DNA of 63,151 nt, the filler included, from Vannella sp. (taxonomy: Eukaryota), in the NCBI GenBank assembly GCA_023345925.1. It is 6 parts of 6 records of this genome, joined end to end, with 100 filler letters (N's around TTAATTAATTAA, not from the genome) between each part and the next. Parts side by side here need not be neighbours in the genome. Positions count along the whole stretch, not along the records: positions 17,292 to 30,209 come from JAJQQN010000424.1; positions 30,310 to 49,115 come from JAJQQN010001095.1; 4 more parts are not named here. One strand, 5' to 3'. The position numbers and the translations under genes were made by a program. This document shows, in pieces, positions 21,429 to 34,902 of the stretch; position 1 is the stretch's first letter; the number at the start of each line of letters is the position of its first letter. The notes under the pieces were generated by a model. That model saw nothing but the letters and a program-made list of their open reading frames with translations, had not been told where the DNA came from and did not search any database.

Positions 21429-22822
21429 TTAATTGGGAGGTCGACACTTCAAGAGGCAGGCCAATCGCGACTTGAATGCAACTTTGTTAGTTGATATTGC
21501 AGCATAACTTGATATGGCAAAGAGATATCCGATTTCCACAGCGGAGCCGCTTATTCCCGACGATTCACAAATACCAAGCAATCGCTCATCAAAGAGTAGA
21601 AGGGACCAGAACTAGGCAGAGGGAATGAGAAATGAGCTGGAAACGAGCAGAAGTCCTCACCACTTGAAATCCGACTGCCCAGACACCAGTCCAGCACCAA
21701 ACTGAGAAGACCTCGGAGCTTCCCCAAAACCAAACCAGTTCGAGTAAAAATATTGGAAGGGACAAGATCTAACAGCCAATACACAGTTAGCGTCGATGAG
21801 ATCCAGTTTCAGGAGAGTTAAGTCTCTGCGTTATCGCTTTCCATTCAACTCACCATTGCAGAAGTCATCCAAAAGGGGGCGTAAAAGAGAGGAGCAAGAT
21901 TAGCTAGAAAGAAATAGTCGAAGAGGGTTGGCAGGAAATCCCGCATTTTGCAAGGGAACATAAATGTCCACATCAAGTGACCGTACTTTCCTGTCCATCC
22001 ATCAGGAGATCGGAATTATGCTCATCACCCGATTACGGACCTTCATAACTGCATGTGCAAGAAGCTGCCATACTTGCCAATTGATTGGGGTCAAATTTGC
22101 ATCGGGAGATCGGAAATACACTCAACATGATCCACCCTCCGAGCAGCACAAGCTTCAGCGCAGTCAGATAATGAAATCTTCCTCAATAGAAACCTACAGT
22201 GAAGCCTATGGCAAAGCAATAGGGTATTGTGAAGAGTTGGCTTCCTTTTTCGCGAAGTTTCTTTTGTGCCGGTTCGTCCAACAAGTGCTTTTCGACTCCT
22301 TCTCGGACTTCGCCCATTTCAGCAGAGAACTTTGTCATGATGTTACCTTCTGGCGCTGATTCCTTTTGGCGTGCTTTCTTCCAGAGTCTGTAGAACACAC
22401 TTGGATGGTGAGAATGGTACAAAAGTGCCATTGTGAAGAGAGGCTGCAGTCCAATGGCCAAGCCAGCTAGTGAAGTGAATAGAAAGTTTGCTAGTGAACA
22501 CTGTGCACAGGCTGCGGTCTCGTCAGCGACAAGGAGAGAGAAGTGGGAAGGTCCACTTCGATAGGTCAGTCCCTTACTCGAAGGGAGAGCCCTCTTACCT
22601 CCACCATATACCAAACTCAGACCACTCTACTACGTTGATGGAGAGTATGAAGGGTAAACTCCACCACAAGCGCCGCAGATGTTGCTGGATGATCTCTGGC
22701 AACGGTTTGCAGTGTTTGCGTCTGTAGCGCCTTGGGAAGGTCGCAGTTTGGTACACACAGAAGCCTATAGCAACACTCTCCACGACTGCAAACAGAAGGG
22801 AGACCTGCCAGCTCCAGCACAT
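21429..22822 (-). CDS. DUF5765-like multi-pass membrane protein, multi-exon
   Basis: Spliced product begins MCWSWQVSL, has CSLAN..LQP, GKYGHLMW and SEVFSVWC motifs with several TM segments; last exon open to TAA at 21429. Confidence 0.6.
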
Positions 22823-22869
22823 GAGGAAATGACGAAAAAGCCACTTTCTTGCAGCCTCCTCTCCGCAGC

Positions 22870-25800
22870 ATGGCTGGTGGACAGGAGGAAGTGGGCCAAA
22901 GTGGTGTAGACCGACGCCCATACCTTCTAGACCGCCAACATAAGGAGCTGGAGACGCTTCTGACAAAATGGGAGGAAGCAGTGGCGACCAGGGACAAGAT
23001 CGCGGTGGAAAGCTTCGATGTTGACGCGATCACTCGTAGTCTGACCGATTACGAGATCAACCGGGAGTCCTTTGAGGAAGATGATGAGGACATGTACGAA
23101 GAGGGCGGGGAGGTCCACTTCTTCTCGAACGAAACCTCTTCGAAAGCTCAGAGCTTGAGAGAGTTAGTTGTTTGGTCGTCAGGAGCTCTGAAAGCTTTAA
23201 AAACTCTTCGTTTAGCAGTTGGGGATAGCACAGTTAAGATTCCTGCTGCTCGCCGCCTTCTCCTTCTGAAGGCTCTTGCGCCCCAACGTTCTGCTGACAC
23301 GCAGAAGATCCCTACTCTCACCAATGATGATCTAGATGATGAACAAGCAGTCTCAGACTTTGTGGCATCCCTGAAGCGCCACCGTTATTGCTGGAGGAAG
23401 GTGTTGACCGCCCAACGTCGTCACCTTCGATCAGGGTTCGGTGCGTGCAGCCTCGTTGGAGGGAGAGGTTTAGGTTCTGATTTTTCTTTATTTTTTTCTT
23501 ATTTTTCCAGAGAGCGAGGCCGCCCTCCTTCAAAGCATAAGCGAGTTCTCTGTCTCCCAGGCCGGACCCTTCTTGGAAGTCTACGCCTCTAACGACTTTA
23601 CTGGCGCACGCAGCGGTCAGAGCTCCGTATCGAAAGCAAAGTTGGAGATGCTGTTGACTCTGCTTCGCAACCGAAGGGCAGCTCCCAGCCGCCCATTTCT
23701 TTACACCAGATTGTGGAACTTGGTGACTTCTCTTGTGAGTCAATCTCCAAAGCATCTTGACGCGATAACGACCACAAAAGAGTCAAAATCGTGCACTCTA
23801 ATGGGTAAGCCAGGGCACTGAGAAAGGATAATTCTGATTCTTTCGCAGATTTTGCTGGTTTTAAGCTGTTTGATGAAGCACTGGGGCAGCTTCCGACCTC
23901 CGTCAAACTTGTCGAAGGATGTATTGCGTATCTGAAGAAGCGGCTTTCGCCTTATCAACCAGAAGAATGGGACCGAATCCCTCCAGCTTTGGTAGATCGC
24001 TTGATTCAGTGAGTTCTTTCCTACTTCAAGGGCTTTGATTGACTTGTGGAATCAGGTTGCACGTCAAATGGATATCTTCAGCTGGTCTGGCGGTAGATGG
24101 CAGCAGAATTTGGCAATCAGCAATTGAACTGTACTTGAAATGCGAGCAGCCTGGAGAGGCTCTCCAGCTCCTCCAAGTAGTGCAACACCTTTCTGTTGAT
24201 TCCCTCAAAGACATCCTGGAGATGGCTAATCATCCACTTCTTCAAGATAGCCAGATCTCGCCTACTCTCTCAAGCACCCTGGAAAGTCGGATCAAACGTC
24301 GATTGAAGTTTCTGGAAGAGGCCCGAAAAAAGCCTGATCTCTCCGCCTCAGAACCCCAGATGATGCACTATTTCCAAGTATGGCAGCGAGAGTGCGACTT
24401 TGTGACAAAAGAGGACAAATCACTGTCCCCCGCTGCGAGGAAGCAGCAGTGGTCTTTGGGATTAGACGCCCCCCTTTTCCTGTATCAATGCGCTTGGACA
24501 ACATTTTCAAAACTGGCTAATCGCTTCGACTTTTCCCTCTTCTTTGCACGACTTTACCGTGACCGCCTGTTCTTCCTTATCCGACACTCCAAAGAAGTTT
24601 TGCCCGCTTCTCTGCAAAATCACTTGGAAGAGAAACTACGAGTGATTCTTATCTGGTTGAGGGACTTCGCAGCTTTCCCCTATTCCCCAAAGAACTCCAT
24701 TGGCTTGGTCACGTTTGCTCACTCAATCCTCGCCTCTCCTGTGGTACAGACTGAAACTTTCTTTCTTTCTCAAGAAGAAAGGGTGTCTGTATTAGTGGCT
24801 CTCTTAGAGATATCAGGGATTGAGAGAGAAGATACGGCAGTTCTGCTTCTTGAAATGGTCAGCAAAGCCACGTCTCCACCTTCCTGCGCTTTTCTTCTTC
24901 GGTTGCGAGAAATATTTGAAAAGGTGGTTACTCGCCTTCTCTCTGCGCTCTCTGGAGGACCTGCTGCTACCCTCCATAAGAGGGATCAAGTGGTTCATGG
25001 GCAATTAATCCGCGTGTGGCGCAGCTATGCTTCAGTTGAATTCAGCTTCCTGCAATATCGCAGCGCAGTCAAATGCATTCAAGGAGCCTTAGAATACCCA
25101 ATGGTTAGTTGCAGCCCACTGAAAGACCAATCACTCACTTTAACTCCTTCCAGTTCGCTAAAAGCGAGGAGCTTTGGCTAACCTTAAGTGAACTCTTTAT
25201 TAAGAGAGAGAATGCCGAATCTGCTCGAGTAGTGTTTTGCAGAGCTTTGTGCGCAGTTAACAGCTCCAATGGGGCCCAAACTCTTTGGAACCAGTTTTTG
25301 GCGTTCGAGCACTCTCTGGGTGGGAACCCTCACATGACTTTCTCTACCTTGCTTTCTTTAGCACGCCAAAAGATCGGTACTTTTGGAAATCTAGATGCTT
25401 CCCTCTGCCCAAAGGACCCAATCTGTTCGGAAAAGGCACAGCAACCTCAATCCGATACAGAAAGTGAGCTCATAATTGACTTTGATGTCACTGAGGAGTC
25501 CACGGAGAGATCTGAAGTGACTTCAACAATGGAAGTTGAAAACACCCCCCCAAGGCCCACTTCTCCGCCCCAGTCAAAAAAGAGGAGGCGTGGAACTGAC
25601 ATCGAAGGAGAGAGGAAGAAACAGCGGACAATGAGTGATCCTCAACCATCTGCATCTGCTTCCAATTCTAATCAGCAACACGATCCATCATTCGAACTCA
25701 ATGAGTCTCTCGTCAAGGCGCTGATCCATCCCGGACCTTTGGGGGACGCTTCCATCCTTGCTCTTGAACAAGTTCAACGAGAGCTCCTCCGCAATAAGAA

Positions 25801-27208
25801 ACTTCAGATGGCTGCTTCGGCATCGACTCTCAAGAGCACAGAAGCAGCCCAAGTACAGGACAGTGAATCCACTGAGTCTGAGCCTCTACCACTCCCCATA
25901 CCAGAGGTGCAAGCTCAACGAGAGCAGGGAGGTCCAAAGTTGCAAAGAAAAGAAGAGAGGAGTTTACCTACCCGAGCAGAAGAGGTGAAAAGGCGTGAGC
26001 CTCAAGGACAGAGCAAGTCAAAGACTCCAGAAAGAAGCTTGCCTTCCAGGCAATCTCAAAAGCCTCCTCCGACTCGAGACAGTACTGAAAGGTACTCTGA
26101 ATCAAGGAGAAGCGTCGGGAGGGAGTCTCGGCCTGTGAGCCGGCCAGCTCCCCCTCGCGGAAGAGACTCTCAAACCAGGAGAGGCTCTTCTGAGCGATAC
26201 CCAAGCGACCACAAACGTCCTCGAGCATCTTCAGAACGATTTCCTCCCGAGAGAACGAATTCCAGAGCCCAAGCACCACAACGGGGAGCCAGGCCGAATC
26301 ATAATGGATGGGAGAGTCGACAGAATGGACCGCCGTCCTATCCTCGCTCAAACCGGAGGCCCCCATCCCCTCCAATCCCCCGGCTTCCAAACATGCCATC
26401 ACGGTCCAATCAGCAAAACTACGGGCCTCCTCCACCCCAATTTAGAGATGAATCGCGTTACCCAAGGAATGACCAAGATTTCCATCGACAGCCTTCAAAT
26501 GAGCTTCCCGACCTCTTAAATATGTCCCAAGAAGAGTTAATCTCACTGATAGATCTGGCTCATCAACAGCCTGCTCCAGCCCCACCACCGCCCATCAATC
26601 TGCAAAACAATGACTTGGAGAACCTCATGAGGAATGAATTCATGCGCAATATCATTCGCCACTTGCACCAGCTTCAGGTCTGTTTCTAACTCTGAGGCCC
26701 CTTCAGAAGGTTTCTGTGACTTACACGTCTTTACAGGTCAGCTCCGAGGAGGCCATCAAGAATGACAGACTGCGCCTCATGGAGATGCAGAGAGCAGAGG
26801 AGCTCCAAGTGAACAGAGAAAACGCTATGAAACTCAACATGGTGCGAACTCCACTGGAATACTCCCAAGTCCGAATGAGCAACACCCAAAACACTCAGGT
26901 AACGTTTCTTATCTCCCCTGTGCTTCTCTCTCCCCTCTTATCTTTCTATTAGAACCAAAAGATGCTGGCTCAGCTTCAGCTTCAAGAATTTGAAGGACGA
27001 GTGGAAGAGAAACGCGTCACCCTTCGCCTCCAACAACAAACCACTCTCCAAGATGCCGGAGTTCCCGGTTTCTTCCCCACCAACGAACCCCAATCCATCG
27101 CCTTACAAAGCGACATTCTGAACATTCTAGTGGGCATATGTAAGTCCCCTCTCTTCCTCCCCGCCAGGACTTGACACCAAAACAGCTCAAGGTGGTGCCT
27201 CTCGATGA
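22870..27208 (+). CDS. Large HAT/TPR-like helical protein with Arg/Ser/Pro low-complexity region and C-terminal DGCR6-like domain
   Basis: In-frame introns link ORFs 22849, 23573, 24039, 25109, 26716, 26962; HAT-like KSEELWLTLSELF..SARVVFCRAL..LWNQFLAFE; C-term QQQTTLQDAGVPGFFPTNEPQSIALQSDIL. Confidence 0.65.
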
Positions 27209-27313
27209 AGGTCGCCGGAAATAAAGAATTCGTCACAGATGGGACTCCTCTTGACGAACAAGCTGATGATTGGGAGGATTGGAAGCTTCCCATTCTTTCT
27301 TGGGGAGGTCGCC

Positions 27314-29337
27314 ATGGGTGTCGCTGGACTGACGACGATTGCGAAGAGGAAGGACTTTTCGACTCGGGTGCGCTATAGAAAGGAGGATCAAGAGAAGAGA
27401 CCTACATTGGTTATCGATGGAGACGGGCTTTCGCATTTCTTAATGGCAAACAGCGCTCAAGCCTCCACTTTGAAGCTCTGGGATCAGGCTTGGGCGTTCT
27501 TTGGACCTCTGCTTGGCTTGGGGTTCCCGTTAACTGTCTTTTTCGATGGAGTAGAAGAGCCTCGAAAGCAATCTACTAGAATGAAGCGCCTCCGGGACAA
27601 GTTGAAGACATTCAATGCTGATTTCCTGGCCCTTTCGAGAGGGCAGACCTGCAGGACCGCCTCTTTGGGGCCCTTTTCAAGACAGGTCATCTTTGATGTG
27701 CTTCACTATGCACAAAAGGATGCTACAAACCCTCCTATTGAGATCGTCGCGGCTTCAGGAGAAGCAGACGGACCGATCGCTCTTTATGCCAGAACTCATT
27801 CTGTACGTTTCCTCAAAGTCCAGTCTACTTTTTGTTATAACAGGAACAACAGGGTATTGTGTTGGCAAAGGATAGTGACTTTCTGGTGTTCCCAGGGATC
27901 AGATACATTCCTTTTGATACAATCTCTCTCCTTTCCGACTCCTTTAGCGGCTTCTTGTTTGAAACGAAGCATATTGCCGGCATTTTTGGCGTCTGTGAAG
28001 AGGTGAGAATGAGAGTCTGCGCTGCAATTCATCTGATTCAATCAGATGTGGCCTTTGGTGGCTATTCACCTCTCAAATGACTTTTGCGAAAAGCCAAGTT
28101 TCTCATCTACTGATCCAACCGAAACTCTGGAGAATGCTGCTCAGACTGTTCAACGTCTCTCTCATTCAGAGGAAGAGATTCTCAAGTACATCACAGAAGT
28201 TTGGGGTAAGTCAACTTTCTCCATTTTCGCTCCACTTTCCTCATTGCATTGTATCATCAAGGAAACGGATATCGGAGAGCTTGGGTTGCCTATCAATTCT
28301 ACGTTTCACTTCAGACCCCCTCATTGGGAGATTATCTCAAAGCCAGCCAGCTTTCCCGTTTTGAAGAATCCTCGTCAGAGGAAGACATCACCCTGACTTG
28401 CAACCTCCTTTCTGAGTACTCTAAGAGAGGACTGTGTCTCCACCAACTCAGTTTCCTCTTTCATGGCCAGCAGTGGCCATCCATAGTGCTGGGAAGTGCT
28501 TCGACGAATCGATCTATCCAAAAGAACGGGACAGTTGTCCGCCAAAGAGTTTTCAACCTTTTCCAATACCTGCTCTTTTCTGAATCGGTAGAAGAATGCC
28601 GGATCACTGAGAGTAATTCACTCGAGATTGTCGAGGTGCCAGTACAATTTCCGGAAGAAGATAACAGCCAGTGCGAGAGATTCTGCAATCTCCTTTGTCA
28701 ACTTGAAGGCAAGCAGAGTCAAATTTTCAAGCATCCTTACCTCCACTTCTTAGAGGTATCTTCTCTCTCAGTAGAGAGGAAAAGGACCTTTTCTGCATGG
28801 ATTTGTCTCCCCACAGAATTACAGACGCACACTCTACTTTCTGAGTGGTTGGCACTACCCACTCACTGCAGATGGTTTGCTCTTGCTGTTGTCATCTCCT
28901 GTAAATCAGCTCCTCTCTATCCATTTGAGCTTGAAAGTGTCGTTCGGTACTTTGAAGTAATGCAAAGATCAACAGAGGATCTCAAAGCGACTATCCCGAA
29001 ATCTAAGAGACCCAAGTTCTCAGGGCGTATTCACAATAATCACTTGAGCATTGAGATGGCTCTGGCAATGATTCATCGAGTTCACCAACTTTTAGGTCTT
29101 TTTGAAGAAGAAGGTGTCTACAAGTGGCTTTGTCCCACCGTGCTTCTTAAATTGCATTCGGAAAGTGGTCTGCCACCACTAGAAAGCGAACTCTTCTCTT
29201 TTGTTGAGTCCAATTGCGAACCCAAATCCGCCCCAGTGAAAAAGCCCAAACGCAAGAGCCCCGCCGTGCAACCTGCTCCAGCGCCAGTTTCTCTCAACAA
29301 GTTTGCAAATCGCTTTACGTTTTTGTCAGTTGAATAA
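27314..29337 (+). CDS. Asteroid/FAM120-like PIN (XPG-like) domain protein, 4 exons
   Basis: MGVAGLTT, LVIDGDG, VFFDG, GEADGPIA, spliced LAKDSDFLVF. Confidence 0.8.
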
Positions 29338-29356
29338 AGCAAGACTAAGCTCTAAG

Positions 29357-30128
29357 CTAAGAGTTCCTGCTCCATCTCCCACGATCAATGAGGATCAATT
29401 CCTGCACAAATGGTCGCAACGCCTGAAGAGTCAAATCAGAATCTAGCCCCCAGTTATCACACACACGGTAAGCTCCCATTCCTGAAGAAATTAGAGTCAC
29501 AAACCGTCAATATGAAGAGTCACTTGAAAGTGGCGCGCCATGTGGGCTTTGCCCTGTTGGGTTGAGCAGAAGAGAATCTGGTGAATAGAAAATTCTGGAA
29601 TGCGATGAAAGACATCCAGGAGCTTCCCCTTCATGGTAGCCTCCTCCTCGTCAGAGTCGCATCTTGTGATAACAAATAATTTGGTATTGTGAGCCAGCCA
29701 CTCCCAATGGGAGTGATATGCGGACCCACTCTTCGCTTCCAATATCTAATCAACTGAGAATGAAGCATGGAAAGCGAGGCTCGACGCACCAGAGTGCCTG
29801 ACACGGACACAGAAGAGCCCTTATGTGATTGGATGAATGTCATCAACCCCTCCGGCGCTTGGTCAAGTGGAGGCCGTAGGAGGGGGAGAGGAGAAAGTCC
29901 ACCTGATGAGAACTGATTCGAGCGAACCAGAGGAGAGGGGAAAGATTGGGCGCGAGGGAGTGCAGCAGACCGCCTTCGAAGGAATCTCTTCTGCCCTCCT
30001 GGTCAGATTGCTTCCCCACTCGACGACCGCCCTACTAATAGAAAGACCAGCGCAGATAGTCCAGCCATGGGACCAAAGACCAAGAAACAGATCCGAAGAA
30101 TGCGTAAAGCCCCTTCTCTCCACCCCAT
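29357..30128 (-). CDS. PEX22-like peroxisomal membrane anchor (plant-type), 4 exons
   Basis: N-terminal TM; LFVITRCDSDEEE..HQILFCSTQQGKAHMARHFQVTLHID resembles the plant PEX22 C-domain. Confidence 0.65.
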
Positions 30129-30209
30129 TGAGAAAACAAATGAGAAGGGACTCTACAAAAGAAAGCAAGGAATGCTGAGAGGACAATGAGAAAAGTTAAA
30201 AAAACCTTC

Positions 30210-30309
30210 NNNNNNNNNNNNNNNNNNNNNNNNNNNNNNNNNNNNNNNNNNNNTTAATTAATTAANNNNNNNNNNNNNNNNNNNNNNNNNNNNNNNNNNN
30301 NNNNNNNNN
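30210..30309. other. Artificial contig spacer
   Basis: N-run with TTAATTAATTAA. Confidence 0.98.
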
Positions 30310-31097
30310 CCTCATCGACCACAAGAAGTCTTTCTCTGGTCATCCCAAAACGAAGGGGTAGGTCCTGCCTTTCCCTTGCTTTGTTTGGTCTCTCACAGTC
30401 GATGAAGCCACACCATCCAGTACATCATCGACGACGAGATTTGCTACCTTTCCGCTGCCACTGCGGAGTTCCCCCAGCGCATTTGTTTCGCATTTCTGGA
30501 CGATATCAAGCGAGAGTATGCCGCCAACTACCAAGGGAAGAACAAGAACGAGATGTTCCAGAACTACTTGGCTCAGAAGATGGTACCAAATCTCCCCTGC
30601 TCTCTCTTCCTACCTCCACTGAAGGCAACCCCTAGGACTACTTCTCCAACGACCCAGAAGCTGACAAGCTGAGTAGCTTAAAGGTTAAGGTGACTGAAAT
30701 CACGGACATCATGCACACCAATGTTGGTAAGTCGCGTCATGGAGTGCCCCTACCTCCCTTTGGAGCCTCATCTCTACTTTGGATTCTTATACGAGAAACA
30801 GAAAGCCTCCTTAAACGAGGAGAGGCCATCGATGGCATCGAACAGAGAGCTGATGACCTCCGTGTGAAGACCGCCGATTTTGACCGCCAAGCGAAGCGCT
30901 TGAAGTGCAAGATGTGCCAAGAGAATGCCAAGATGTGTGCCTGCTTGATAGCATTGATCATCGTACGCCCCGCACCCTCCTGATCCTCTTTCATTGCGTC
31001 GGTCTCACCCCGTTGGGTTTAGTTCATCGTCCTGGTTGTCGCAGCAGTAACAGGTGTCCTCATTTACGTCATCTTCTTCAGTGGGTTGGTCATCTGA
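30310..31097 (+). CDS. VAMP7-like longin R-SNARE (5'-truncated by contig end)
   Basis: Longin (FPQRICFAFLDDIK), R-SNARE (IMHTNVESLLKRGEAIDGIEQRADDL), C-terminal TM. Confidence 0.85.
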
Positions 31098-31261
31098 GAC
31101 TTTCCAACGATTCTGAGTCTCATAAACGGGCAACCACCTTTCTCCTTCCTCTCTTCAATCGTGGCCAATCAATTCCTTCCTTTGAGGAAAGGGAATCGAT
31201 AGGAATTGTCCATTTTATAAGTGAGAGTCCCAAAGTGTCATTTTTGAGAGGTCTGGTGGGG

Positions 31262-32585
31262 ATGGTTGAAGATCTCGACGAGGAGGGGAAGAAAGCGAAG
31301 GTTCCCCGTGTGCAAAAGAAGAAGAGGGTCCCTTCCAAAGCACCAAAGCAACTAGTGGAAGCTGTTGAGGCAGGAGAAGCTCCAACGAAGCCAAAAGAGG
31401 TGAAAGCAATCGTCGTAACAAGAGCACTCACTGCAGCTCTGGATGATGTCTGCAGGTAAGCAAACTCACCAAAGAAGGCCAATCTATTGAACGTCCCCCC
31501 AAATCAGCCGGTTCATCTTCTCTGCACCAAGGGAGAGTCTCACATCAATGCACCACTTTATGTTCGTCTGCGAGAAGGCTTATTGGTTCTACCAGGACTT
31601 CCTACTCCCTCGTGGGAAGCTCCCCAATATCACCAAGTGGCAAACCTTCTTCGACCTGTGTAGGTTTGTTTACCTGTCCCTCAGAGGGACCTGACCCCGT
31701 TGGCAGTGTTTCAGCGCATAGTGACTTTAGGGAAGAGCTTCTCCTGCCTTGAAGGTCTTGGTGGGTTGCAAGACAAGTCATTTATTATCAATTGGGGCGC
31801 CTACAAGCAACAAATTCCGGTTTCTGGGTGTCTCTTACTGAATGAGGACCTCACGAAGGTAATGATAAGTGGTTACTGACATGTAGTAATGCTGATATGA
31901 GTCTAGTGCCTGTCAGTCAAAGGATTTAAAAAGGGGGACAAGTGGGGCTTTCCTGGTGGCAAAGTGAATCAAGGTGAAGCATTGTACAATTGTGCTCTTC
32001 GAGAAGTATGCTCTGGGACAGCTTCTTGGGGCCCACTCCTCATCCATTGATCAGGTTGCTGAAGAGCTGGGAGTTGATGTTCGAGATTCATTGGATGTTG
32101 ATCTGTACTTGGAGTTTGAATTGAGAGGACGGCCTTTCCGTTACTATATCATTCCCTTTGTATCTGAAGACACTGAATTCCAGCCAAACTCCAAGGGAGA
32201 GATTGCAGTTAGTGGTATACTCTCTTCTGTGATGCTCTGTCTCACCTTGCCTGGAAGGAAACGGATTGGTTGTCGTTCGACTCTATACATATGTTGAAAA
32301 GCAATCCTCAGGTCCTTCAGTGGGTTCACCAAACTCGTATCATCGTCTGAACTCACAAACAGATTAAGAGACCTTGGCAATATTGTTTCCCGGCTGCTAA
32401 GACAACATGGCTTCGATCTTGAAGAGTACGAGGATATTGTAGAAGTGCCCAATCACCCTTTGACATCCAGTCTCCCTCTTCCATCCAGTCACCCTTCGAA
32501 ATCGGTTCTCCCTCCGGCACCCAGTCTCAATCCGCTGCTGACTTTCAGCTTCACATCAGCAGTTTATAGCGCGTTTATGGAGTAG
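31262..32585 (+). CDS. DCP2: mRNA decapping enzyme DCP2, multi-exon
   Basis: Box A (LDDVCSRFI..EKAYWFYQDF) and spliced Nudix box (WGFPGGKVNQGEALYNCALREVAEELG). Confidence 0.88.
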
Positions 32586-33298
32586 TCTACCATATGATGA
32601 ATAAGGATGTGTTGTCTCCCAATGGTGTTTATGTGGCCATGAATCTGGCAGATTCTCCAATCTTTCTATCACTGAATCCACGAATTCACCATCTTTGTAG
32701 CTGCGACATGCCATGAGCTTGACCTTTGCGAGATACGAGAGTAGCTATTGCACTTCCCAAGGGTATCGATGATCCTTTTGGCCACTTGGGAGGAACCTGC
32801 AAAGGTGATGGCTGTTTTCACACACTTAGTGAGGCTAGGCTCCAGCGTTTGATGCTTGCTGATGAAGATTCAAGTCATCGTGACGACCACAGACTGACAT
32901 GGACATGCTTAATTCCCAACTCGTTCCAAGCTTGCCGCAGAGTAAGAAGAAGAGGACATACTAGAGAGGCATCCAGATTCAAATGATCTTTCTCGAAGCT
33001 TGTGCTTGTGATGGAGCTAAATAACCCTTTCAGGAGTGAGGTTGAACGCCTTGCGGGAGCCAGGAGCACTATGTTGATAGAATTGCCCAGCCCTCAACCC
33101 CATTGTTTGGGTAAGACCAACGCTGAGGTAGCCACCCCATTCCCTTTGATTCGCATCAGGTCAGTGATATCATCTATCAACAACGAGGTCCTGGGAAAGA
33201 TGGATCCATCTTCATTCGTACACAACCCGCTGGAAATGGGAAAACACTCACTGTGAGCGAATATTTTTTACGAGTCTACTCTTTCATTTTATTGGGAC

Positions 33299-34800
33299 AT
33301 GTCCGTTTTGGTGAATCCGGGAGCTGCACCGCAAGCTTACAGTCCCAGCGAGTGGCTTCTTCAAGCTCGCTCACTCCATGCTGATGAAGGTGAGTGATGT
33401 GGTGGAATGCAAGTGAGGAGGGCTGACGGGGAGCGCTTGAAAGAGGCCCTTTCGGAGTATGAGTTATCTCGGGAGCCCCTTTACGTTCTCGATGACAATG
33501 TTCCCATGACGCTGCGCCTCCACATTCTCAATCAGGTACTAGGCCTCTCCTGAACGAGGGGGAGAGTTCTCAAAGCGAACGGGGATAGGAGTTGAGCTGT
33601 GCCATCTGTTTGTCCATCATTCGAGACACTCGAGTGGTGACAGAGTGCATGCACCGCTTCTGCAACGATTGCATCACCAAGTGTCTTCGAACTGGGTGAG
33701 TAGTCGCCGCCCGCTACCTCCTCCATCGTTGAGTAACGGTTGGTAGCAAGAAGGAGTGCCCCACTTGCCGTGCAAAGTGCCCTTCTCATCGTCGATTACG
33801 CCCAGACAGACAGTATGATCGTGTTATCCGCCAGTTCTATCCAGATGTGGAGGCCTACGAGGAGCAGCAGGACGAGATCATCGAGACAGTGGGTCCTTTC
33901 GAGGCCTTTTGACCTTAACTAAGTGTTCCCCTCCTAGCTGAATGCTACCGTGAACATGCGCAACTTCCAAGAGGCCATTGAACTGCAGATGGCCTCTCAG
34001 AACCACCAGATCAACTTGGTATGTGCGGGGGACCCTTCTGGGGGATGCATGGTGGTAATCATGGGTACAGGGTGAATCAGTGGTCTCCTCAGATGATGAG
34101 ATGCAGCTTTTTGTGGCTCCTCCTGCCCCTCCGCAGGAGATGAGAGAGTTCAAGATCTCCCACTTTACTGTAGAGCCACCTCGTACTGGCCCAGGTCGTG
34201 GTATTAAGAAGCGGGGACCTGGTCGACCTTCGAAGAAGAGGTCAGAAGAGACCCCTGGCTACTGCCCAGAGTTCTTGGAGCCTTCACTCCTCGTAGACAT
34301 GTCCGTTCCTCAATCGGAGAACAAGAGAACCGAGCTAGTCTATCACTATCATCACGTAGATGCTTACCACACTCAATACGAGACGCCCAAGGATATGTTG
34401 ATCATGCCACGCCAGGGAGAGGAGAAGGAGCAGGTGAGCCCCTCTCTCTGAGGCTCACAAACCGTGCTGACACCACCCAGGTCACTAGAAAGATCTGTTT
34501 CATTTCTCGCAGGAACGGTCAAGCTTATCACCTTCCAGTACCCGAGTAAGAGGGCTCATCTTCACCACCGTTTGAGCGCCTTTCTCACAGTTTGTTCAGA
34601 GGAGCGATCTTACGCGCTCTGACCGATCGCCTCCGTACCATGCTCAGTAAATGCAAGACTGTCTACGTTTACAACGACGCCGATGGCCCCGGACCAGCCT
34701 TCCGCCCCATCGATCCCGCAGAAACAATCCCAGTAAGAAATGCCTCTCATTGCCCTCCTCTCACCCTCCCCAGGACACCGTTTATTTCCAATACAAATAA
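33299..34800 (+). CDS. PRC1 RING1/RNF2-like E3 ligase, multi-exon
   Basis: Spliced ELSCAICL..TECMHRFCNDCITKCLR..KECPTCR..RRLRPD..IRQFYPD; AT-hook KRGPGRPSK. Confidence 0.8.
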
Positions 34801-34902
34801 GGCCTCTCTGAACCTCGTCCCTGGTCGGAGGATTAAATTCGCGATTTTTCTTGAGCTCCATTTTGATTGGTGGAATGGTCAGTTCTTCGTCTTCCCGTCC
34901 CG

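Noticed and set aside
32590..33260. Short ORFs between DCP2 and RING1
   Set aside because: Could not build a coherent spliced gene or recognise a domain
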